Shown here: piece by piece, positions 25,903 through 32,000 of the stretch
How positions within the stretch are numbered: the first letter of the stretch is position 1
Layout of the letters: each line of letters begins with the position of its first letter
DNA from: Candidatus Saccharimonadota bacterium
Lineage (GTDB): Bacteria > Patescibacteriota > Patescibacteriia > 2-12-FULL-60-25
Length of the DNA stretch: 32,000 nt
Assembly (NCBI GenBank): GCA_023898425.1
Contig: CP060222.1
Coordinates: forward strand, 120,001 to 152,000
Reading direction: 5' to 3'
Translations under genes and position numbers: made by a program
Notes under the pieces: model-generated
The model's database searches: none
Seen by the model: only the letters and a program-made list of their open reading frames with translations
Told to the model about the DNA's origin: nothing

Positions 25903-26349
25903 ATGTCGCTTACATTACATTCTCTAAAACCAAAGCATGGCTCACGAAAGAAATCCTTTCGTATCGGTCGTGGTGAAGGTACTGGTATCGGTAAAACATC
26001 CGGTCGTGGTGCAAATGGTCAGAAATCCCGCTCCGGTGGTAAACATGGCTTAAAGCGTCTCGGTATGAAATCGATGCTCCTCTCCTTTCCAAAGGTGAGA
26101 GGTTTCCGTAGTCGTTATGACAAAGCAACCACGATCACGTTAAAGCGTCTTGAGGCGTTTGAAACGGGTTCTATGGTAACAATGCAAGAACTTCGTAAGC
26201 GTGGCCTCGTAACGCGTACAGCGAAAGCTGTAAAAATCGTGGGTAACGAAGCTATCTCGAAGAAACTTAATGTTTCTGGTGTAGCCATTAGCGCAAGCGC
26301 TAAGGCAGCTATTGAGGCTGCCGGCGGTTCCGTTAAAGACCGCACCTAA
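25903..26349 (+). CDS. rplO: 50S ribosomal protein L15 (uL15)
   Basis: 148 aa: L..L.P..GS.K...R.GRG.G.G.GKTSGRG..GQK.RSG. It starts 2 nt after the rpsE stop, so no rpmD lies between them. Confidence 0.96.
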   Translation: MSLTLHSLKPKHGSRKKSFRIGRGEGTGIGKTSGRGANGQKSRSGGKHGLKRLGMKSMLLSFPKVRGFRSRYDKATTITLKRLEAFETGSMVTMQELRKRGLVTRTAKAVKIVGNEAISKKLNVSGVAISASAKAAIEAAGGSVKDRT

Positions 26350-26361
26350 TCCCAACTTCTT

Positions 26362-27642
26362 ATGTGGAATACATTGACACAAGCGTGGCGTGTGAAGGAG
26401 GTGCGTAACGGGCTTTTGTTCGTTATTGCAATGATGGTCATTTTTCGTGTAGCGGCAAATATTCCGCTTCCGGGTATTGACCTTATTGCTTTGCGACGCT
26501 TTTTTGAAGCGAATCAATTGCTTGGCCTTCTCAATGTCTTCTCGGGTGGCACAATGTCTAACTTTAGCATTGTTGCTCTCGGTGTCGGTCCTTACATCAC
26601 GTCTTCGATTGTTTTTCAGTTGTTGACGATGATTGTTCCACGCTTAGAAGAAATCCAAAAAGAAGGGGAGGCAGGACAAAAGCGTATTAGCCAGTGGACA
26701 CGTCTTTTGACGGTGCCACTTGCGATCGTTCAGTCATTTGCGCTTCTTTCGATCATGCGTAATTCGTCGTTTCCTATCCTTACAACGCAAGAGCCTCTCT
26801 ATATTGTGATGCTTATTGCCTGTGTAACGGCAGGTACGATGTTCTTAACATGGTTAGGTGAGCTCATTACGGAGCGTAAAGTTGGTAACGGTATCTCGTT
26901 GCTGATCTTTGCTGGTATCGTTTCGGGTTTGCCATCGACGGTCTCTCGTTTCTTTGCGACCTATGACTCATCCCAATGGTTGACGGTTGTGCTTTACGCC
27001 GCGTCAGCCATTGCAATGGTTGCAGGTATCGTCTTTGTAAACGAAGGTCAACGTAATGTGCCGGTACAATACGCTCGCCAATCACGTTCTCTATCAGGAA
27101 CGGGTAGCGGCGGAATTACGTCATCATTGCCATTACGAGTAAACATGACGGGTGTTATTCCGATCATCTTTGCTGTGTCGATGCTCTTGTTCCCGTCCGT
27201 GCTCGCACAGTTCTTTGCGCAAGCAAGAACACCAGCTGTTGCAAATGCAGCAAACTGGCTTCTTGTTACGTTGCAGAACCAAACGATTTACGGCGTGCTG
27301 TATTTCTTGTTCGTTGTAGGATTTACCTACTTCTACGCGACCATCGTCTTTCAGCCAGAACGTGTATCGGAGAACTTGCAAAAACAAGGTGGTTTTATCC
27401 CGGGCATTCGTCCAGGAGCGCAAACAGCAGCCTATCTTTTACAGGTTGTTGAGCGTATCACCCTAGGTGGTGCATTGTTCTTGGGCTTTATCGCCGTTAC
27501 TCCACTCATCGCTCAGGCCCTTACTGGCTCGACGACGGTGAATATCGGTGGTACATCCTTGCTTATCGTCGTATCTGTAGTCATTGAGTCTATCAAGCAA
27601 ATTGAAGCTCAGATTACAATGCGTTCGTACGACGTGTACTAA
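26362..27642 (+). CDS. secY: Preprotein translocase subunit SecY
   Basis: 426 aa with 10 TM segments: LGVGPYITSSIVFQLL, GNGISLLIF, GGFIPGIRPG. Confidence 0.98.
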   Translation: MWNTLTQAWRVKEVRNGLLFVIAMMVIFRVAANIPLPGIDLIALRRFFEANQLLGLLNVFSGGTMSNFSIVALGVGPYITSSIVFQLLTMIVPRLEEIQKEGEAGQKRISQWTRLLTVPLAIVQSFALLSIMRNSSFPILTTQEPLYIVMLIACVTAGTMFLTWLGELITERKVGNGISLLIFAGIVSGLPSTVSRFFATYDSSQWLTVVLYAASAIAMVAGIVFVNEGQRNVPVQYARQSRSLSGTGSGGITSSLPLRVNMTGVIPIIFAVSMLLFPSVLAQFFAQARTPAVANAANWLLVTLQNQTIYGVLYFLFVVGFTYFYATIVFQPERVSENLQKQGGFIPGIRPGAQTAAYLLQVVERITLGGALFLGFIAVTPLIAQALTGSTTVNIGGTSLLIVVSVVIESIKQIEAQITMRSYDVY

Positions 27643-27647
27643 GTAAC

Positions 27648-27690
27648 AAAACCCCTCCTGTCCCAAAGATCAGGAGGGGTTTTGTGTTTG
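27648..27690 (+). terminator. Intrinsic terminator after secY
   Basis: AAAACCCCTCCTG-10 nt loop-CAGGAGGGGTTTTGTGTTT. Confidence 0.75.
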
Positions 27691-27731
27691 GGCTTTTCGT
27701 TTTTATCGTTGAGTGCTAGTCTGCAGATATT

Positions 27732-28379
27732 ATGGCGAAAAAACGCCGCTTACGAGCCGTCTTATTTGGGCCACAAGGCGCCGGTAAAACCACCCAAGGG
27801 AGGGCGCTTTCTGATCGCTATGGGGTGCCTTATATTTCTTCTGGGGAGTTATTGCGTGATGAGATATCGGAGGGGACGGCGCTCGGAAAGCTCGCAAAAG
27901 AATATGTGACGTCTCAAGTGATTGCACCAGATGAAGTTGTGGAGGCGATTATCATCAAAAGAATGAAACCCTATCTTTCTACGGGTTTTGTCTTGGATGG
28001 ATTTCCGAGAAATGTAGAACAAGCAATAACACTTGATCGTCATACCGCGCTTGATATTGCGATTCAACTAAAGATGTCTGATAAAGAATCTGTAAAGCGT
28101 TTAAGTGAGTGTGGACGCTGTGCGACCTGTCGATCAGCTGTTCCATTTTCTGTTTTAAAAGTTATAAAAAAGTGTCCTGTCTGTGGAGGAGAAGTGAAAA
28201 AACGTGTCGCAGATGAAGCGGATTTTGTGATGCGCCGTTTGGCTGAGTATCATTTTATGACGGAACCATTATCAGGTTATTATCGTCAACGCGGAATTTT
28301 GTTAGCGATAAAAGCTGAACAGACATTACCTCAACTTTCCGAAGAGCTTTTTCGTAAATTAACCAAGCTTGGGTTTTAG
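27732..28379 (+). CDS. adk: Adenylate kinase with a Cys-rich (zinc) lid
   Basis: 215 aa: P-loop LFGPQGAGKTTQG, DGFPR, lid CGRCATC...CPVCGG. TAG stop. Confidence 0.9.
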   Translation: MAKKRRLRAVLFGPQGAGKTTQGRALSDRYGVPYISSGELLRDEISEGTALGKLAKEYVTSQVIAPDEVVEAIIIKRMKPYLSTGFVLDGFPRNVEQAITLDRHTALDIAIQLKMSDKESVKRLSECGRCATCRSAVPFSVLKVIKKCPVCGGEVKKRVADEADFVMRRLAEYHFMTEPLSGYYRQRGILLAIKAEQTLPQLSEELFRKLTKLGF

Positions 28380-28383
28380 TTTA

Positions 28384-29631
28384 TTAACGCAAGTTCTTTA
28401 CGTAAGATTGAATTTCTTTTTTTAGTAGGTTCAAGTTTTTGTTTTCAGTTGTTGTTAGCGCTTGATCAATCCATGTCGCGATTTGTTTCATGTCTTTTTC
28501 TTTGTAGCCTTGTGATGTAACGGCGGCAGTACCGAGTCGAATGCCTGAGGTGACTGTTGAAGATTGCTCGTCAAAAGGAAGAAGATTTTTGTTTACGGTG
28601 ATGCCAATAGATTCAAGTTTTTCTTGCGCTTCAAGACCGGTAATCTTTTTTGGTGTGAGATCAACAAGAAAGCAATGATTGTCTGTGCCGCCCGATACAA
28701 TTCGGTAGCCTTTTTTTGAAAGCTCGTTTGCAAGGCATTGGGCATTTTTTATCACTTGTTTTGCATAGCTTTTGTAAGCTGGCGTTGCGGCTTCTGCAAA
28801 GCAAATTGCTTTGGCGGCAATCACGTGTTCAAGCGGACCGCCTTGTGTACCAGGAAAGACAGCGGAGTCTAATAGCTCACTTAGTTTTTTCTTTGCTTTT
28901 AATTTGCTGTACGGATGATTGATGTCGTGGCGTAACATGATAATTCCACCGCGTGGACCGCGAAGCGTTTTGTGTGTTGTAGATGTAACAACATGCGCGT
29001 AATCAAACGGATCATTGAGAAGTTTAGCTGCGATTAATCCTGCTGGATGCGCGATGTCTGCGAGCAGAAGAGCTTTTACTTCGTCAGCGATTTTTCGGAG
29101 TGTTTTATAGTCCCAGTCACGGCTATATGCGGATGCGCCACAGATAATGAGTTTAGGCTTTTCTTTTTTTGCGATACGACGAATCGCAGCATAGTCGAGC
29201 TGTTCTGTTTTTGGGTCAAGTTGGTAGCTCACGCCACGATAATTTTTACCGCTCGCATTTGCTATGAATCCGTGCGAAAGATGTCCACCGTGTTTGAGGT
29301 CTAATCCAAGAATCGTGTCACCCGGCGAGAGGAGAGCTTGATAGACGGCAAGATTTGCCTGTGTGCCAGAATGCGGTTGGACATTAACCCAGCTCGCGCC
29401 AAAGAGCTTTTTTGCTCGCTCGATAGCAATCTGTTCAATCGTATCTACCGTTTCGCATCCCGCATAATAACGCTTAAAGGGCTTACCTTCAGCATATTTA
29501 TTCGTAAGTACGGAACCTGTCGCCTCTAATATATCTTGACTAACGGTGTTTTCTGAGGCGATGAGATTGATGGTGTGCTTTTGGCGAACCTCTTCTTTTG
29601 TAATTAAATACTGGATTTTCTTGTCTTTCAT
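28384..29631 (-). CDS. glyA: Serine hydroxymethyltransferase
   Basis: NLIASEN, TNKYAEGKP.KRYY.GCE, VQPHSGTQAN, TTHKTLRGPRGG. The ATG at 29631 (MKDKKIQ...) aligns with typical SHMT N-termini. The ORF track extends to GTG 29679. Confidence 0.95.
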   Translation of the reverse strand: MKDKKIQYLITKEEVRQKHTINLIASENTVSQDILEATGSVLTNKYAEGKPFKRYYAGCETVDTIEQIAIERAKKLFGASWVNVQPHSGTQANLAVYQALLSPGDTILGLDLKHGGHLSHGFIANASGKNYRGVSYQLDPKTEQLDYAAIRRIAKKEKPKLIICGASAYSRDWDYKTLRKIADEVKALLLADIAHPAGLIAAKLLNDPFDYAHVVTSTTHKTLRGPRGGIIMLRHDINHPYSKLKAKKKLSELLDSAVFPGTQGGPLEHVIAAKAICFAEAATPAYKSYAKQVIKNAQCLANELSKKGYRIVSGGTDNHCFLVDLTPKKITGLEAQEKLESIGITVNKNLLPFDEQSSTVTSGIRLGTAAVTSQGYKEKDMKQIATWIDQALTTTENKNLNLLKKEIQSYVKNLR

Positions 29632-29643
29632 AGGAGGGGTGTC

Positions 29644-30459
29644 TTGTATAAAGTACCAGTTTTTGCTATGTTTCGCCACATGTCATTGCTCAAAACACCA
29701 GAAGAGATCGCTATCATGAAAGAGGGGGGTATTATCCTTTCTCGAGCACTTCGTGCCGCAGCAGACGCCTGCGTCGAAGGTGCGCATACAAAAGACCTTG
29801 ATGCTATTGCACGCAAGGTCATTGAAGACGCTGGAGCAACACCGTCATTTTTGGGGTACCGTATACATGGTGAGGGGATTCCATATCCTGATACCCTCTG
29901 CGTATCGATTAACGAAGAGGTGGTACATGGTTTAGCAACACCTGATCGCGTCATTAAAAAAGGCGATGTCGTAAGCTTAGATATTGGCTGTTGGTATAAA
30001 GAACTCTGTACCGATATGGCGATGACGGTCATTGTTGGCGAAGTAGATGAAAAAGTAAAAGAGCTCGTAAAGGTTACAAGAGAGGCACTGGTAAAGGGGC
30101 TCTCTGTCGTAAAAGCGGGTCGTTATATTCATGACATTGGTGCCGCGATCGAAGATTTTGTTAAACCTTATGGCTTTGGCATAGTTAAAGATCTTGTCGG
30201 CCATGGTGTTGGTCATGCTGTTCACGAAGATCCGCTTGTGCCTAATTATCGCGATCGACATATGCCTAAGGTAAAAATGCTCGAAGGGATGGTTATCGCG
30301 ATTGAACCAATGATCACTCTTAAAAAACCTGGCGTCCATATGAAAGATGATCAATGGACGATCGCAACAAATGACAAAAGTATTTGCGCGCACTCAGAGG
30401 TTACCGTTGCTATTACAAAAACAGGTTATGAATTAATCACCCCTTGGCCAGATGCCTAG
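29644..30459 (+). CDS. map: Methionine aminopeptidase, type I
   Basis: Metal-ligand pattern (DIGCWY..LCTDMAMT, GHGVGHAVHE, IEPM, SEVTV). TTG 29644 is preceded by AGGAGG (6-nt spacer). The internal ATG at 29680 (MSLLKTPEEI) matches canonical MetAP N-termini, so the start is ambiguous. Confidence 0.9.
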   Translation: MYKVPVFAMFRHMSLLKTPEEIAIMKEGGIILSRALRAAADACVEGAHTKDLDAIARKVIEDAGATPSFLGYRIHGEGIPYPDTLCVSINEEVVHGLATPDRVIKKGDVVSLDIGCWYKELCTDMAMTVIVGEVDEKVKELVKVTREALVKGLSVVKAGRYIHDIGAAIEDFVKPYGFGIVKDLVGHGVGHAVHEDPLVPNYRDRHMPKVKMLEGMVIAIEPMITLKKPGVHMKDDQWTIATNDKSICAHSEVTVAITKTGYELITPWPDA

Positions 30460-30489
30460 GGTTGATTTTATTATTGGTTTCTGCTAGCG

Positions 30490-30514
30490 TCCTTGTACCG
30501 TAAAACGGCAAGGA
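30490..30514 (+). promoter_or_regulatory. Hairpin sequestering the Shine-Dalgarno of the orphan gene
   Basis: TCCTTG-ta-CCGT-AAA-ACGG-CAAGGA. The 3' arm overlaps AAGGAGG (30510-30516), which sits 5 nt before TTG 30522. Confidence 0.45.
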
Positions 30515-30521
30515 GGCACCT

Positions 30522-31830
30522 TTGACACAAATAAACCAAAAGTCATCCAATGCAAAAAACGAGCCTAATGTGGGGCTGCTAGCGAAGGATGTCCGTCCAT
30601 GGGTCATGAAAAAAGAGCTATAAAGCTCAGCTCAAGGAAGGTCCTATTCTAGGAGAGGGTATATATCTCCCAGGTAGAGCTTTTTCATCGCTAACACCAC
30701 TTTCTGAGTCTGTACGTCATGGTCGTAGAAGATTTGCTGAAAAGCGATGGAGTTACCCGGGGTTTGTTATTGCGCCAAATAGGAGTCGTCAGAACTCCAC
30801 TCAAAAGAGTGTTACTCACTATGTTGTCGCGGATATCTACGGATATATGAGGCAACAGTGGTATATCGTCTCTGGTCTTAAAGACGAGAGAGCTCGGATG
30901 AAGCGATCCGTTGAGGAGGCGCGCGCCACGGCGAATCTACTACTCAATAAGGGGCATTGCACCAAAGGAGAGCACGACCACATCATGTCGGCTATACTGC
31001 GACTTGAGGCTCAGTACACGGATCCAGACTTTCGTGATGAGTTCAAGATTCGCGCAGGAGATCTGTTTATGCAGGTAGGTGTAGACGGTGACCCGCGACC
31101 AATGCGCAATGCTGTACATGCGATGACGACCTATCGAGGTGCAGCACATCTCGAAAGACGTCAACGTAATACGCATATCATGCTGCATTACTTTCAGCCA
31201 AGATTCTTGCAGGTGAGGGGAGTTGTCAGACAGCTCGAAGATCGACTGCATAGACTTGCACAAGCCTTGGCAAAAAACGGTCGTCTTACTCGTGCCTATC
31301 GCGCATTTCAATCACGTATCAATAGGCAGACGCGCAATGATCTGATTACTGAGCTAGGGGATTTTTCTGACGGCATTCTGATGCTGACATGGATTCAGCC
31401 CTTTGCTCCGCAGGCATTGCGTGCAAAACAATTGAGTGATGAATTGTGCGAGACTGTAAGTCTTGGCGAACATCACGAAGTGGACATGGAGGCGCTTTTT
31501 CAAGAAGTGTGCTTTCGTGTGATGCTGCTGCGGTTAATTGTTCGTGTTGAGCGAGACGGTGTATTGCCGCTTACCTTGCTCGAGCCACAGTTGGCCGAAA
31601 CGTCAGAAAGAGAGCATCGCTCACGTATCTTTGACGTTGTGCAAAGAGATATTGCTACACTTCATCAAAAGATTCTCGACGAGCAAAACGCGTCGCTATC
31701 TCTGCTTACGGGGCTAGACCCTTGGCTAGAAAAACTGCGGCTTTGCTCTAGAAATAACTTTTCTCATCATGGCATCATGCGTAATGACATGAAGTGCTTT
31801 TCGAGCTTTTTGGTCACGGCCGAGCTTTGA
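30522..31830 (+). CDS. Orphan, predicted all-helical protein. The reading frame is broken at an A6 tract (30609-30614). The ORF-track part is 30847-31830; the fused reading is 435 codons.
   Basis: SD+TTG at 30522 opens a 33-codon ORF. The adjacent frame is stop-free from 30610 into the annotated ORF (79 codons, with no ATG/GTG/TTG). Removing one A fuses them. AGR Arg codons are frequent, unlike in the r-protein genes. The TGA stop is followed by a long hairpin terminator. Confidence 0.5.
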
Positions 31831-31843
31831 GAGTCCGAATCTG

Positions 31844-31895
31844 TCACCTCGCGCCACCTCTTTTAGAGGGTACTGGCGCGAGGTGATTTTGTTTG
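31844..31895 (+). terminator. Intrinsic terminator after the orphan gene
   Basis: 13-bp outer stem TCACCTCGCGCCA/TGGCGCGAGGTGA with an inner CCTCT-TTT-AGAGG, followed by TTTTGTTTG. Confidence 0.8.
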
Positions 31896-31910
31896 TTAAT
31901 AACCTGTTGT

Positions 31911-32000
31911 ATGCCCGAATTACCAGAGGTCGAAACGATTAAAAGACAGTTAAATGAGCGCTTGGTCAATAAGCGTATTATTGGCGTTGAAGTTATCCAC
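31911..32000 (+). CDS. mutM: Formamidopyrimidine-DNA glycosylase (Fpg/Nei family), N-terminal 30 codons; continues beyond the window
   Basis: MPELPEVETIKRQLNERL is the hallmark Fpg N-terminus (catalytic Pro2, Glu3). Confidence 0.85.
   Translation, partial: MPELPEVETIKRQLNERLVNKRIIGVEVIH

Noticed and set aside
30481-30586. The direct repeat CTGCTAGCG (30481 and 30577) as a possible mini-CRISPR or repeat array.
   Set aside because: There are only two 9-nt copies, with no regular spacing or further units. The second copy lies inside the small upstream ORF.
30634-30660. An RNase P RNA CR-I-like string (AAGGAAGGTCC versus GAGGAAAGUCC).
   Set aside because: There is no matching P4 3' strand (ACAGAA..GGCUUA-like) or other conserved regions within a plausible distance, and the element would have to overlap the ORF.
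30652-30700. GIY in EGIYLPGR as a possible GIY-YIG nuclease motif in the orphan N-region.
   Set aside because: There is no YIG 10-11 residues downstream, and none of the following conserved Arg/Glu pattern.
30572-30800. A tmRNA-like 5' end (GGGGCTG at 30572).
   Set aside because: There is no complementary CAGCCCC/ACCA 3' end, no GGTTCGA-type T-arm and no TTCGAC D-analogue downstream. The region is better explained as coding sequence of the frameshifted orphan gene.
30719-30850. A 43-codon ORF ending in an ATGA overlap with the 30847 start (possible translationally coupled leader peptide).
   Set aside because: It has no SD and no recognisable features. The stop-free in-frame extension of the main ORF, together with the SD+TTG start at 30522, explains the region better.

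Overview
The window comes from a small-genome bacterium. The lack of L30, the tailed r-proteins and the scattered nucleotide-salvage genes fit a CPR/Patescibacteria-like lineage, but that is inference only. The genetic code is standard: TAA dominates, and TAG and TGA are also used as real stops, several followed by terminator hairpins.

Core content:
- Minus strand, 3.8-7.1 kb: secE-nusG-rplK-[GT4 glycosyltransferase]-rplA.
- Plus strand, 11.4-28.4 kb: rpsL-rpsG-fusA-[membrane protein + small acidic protein]-tuf-rpsJ-[217-nt structured spacer]-rplC-rplD-rplW-rplB-rpsS-rplV-rpsC-rplP-rpmC-rpsQ-rplN-rplX-rplE-rpsN-rpsH-rplF-rplR-rpsE-rplO-secY-adk. There is no rpmD.
- After adk: an inverted glyA, then map, an orphan gene, and the start of fpg/mutM.

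Accessory content:
- A partial kinase-like gene at the left edge.
- An oxygenase/nucleotide island at 0.4-3.7 kb: a cytochrome P450 with one in-frame TAA, a Rieske-less oxygenase catalytic-domain protein, and a tandem-domain dCTP-deaminase-like protein. Each has its own terminator.
- A phosphoribosyltransferase, HU, a nuclease-like orphan, a LOG-family protein, rpmB and an M50 protease.

Most notable observations:
1. The orphan gene after map appears split at an A6 tract. Read across the tract, it becomes a 435-codon ORF with a canonical SD+TTG start, and that SD is buried in a hairpin.
2. A strong intrinsic terminator sits in a GC-rich spacer between rpsJ and rplC.
3. O2-dependent enzyme genes, one of them broken, sit next to rplA.
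4. Start codons have a pervasive SD-less context with U at -1 (often CUAUG), in contrast to strong SDs on a few accessory genes.

I found no rRNA, tRNA, CRISPR array or recognisable mobile element.
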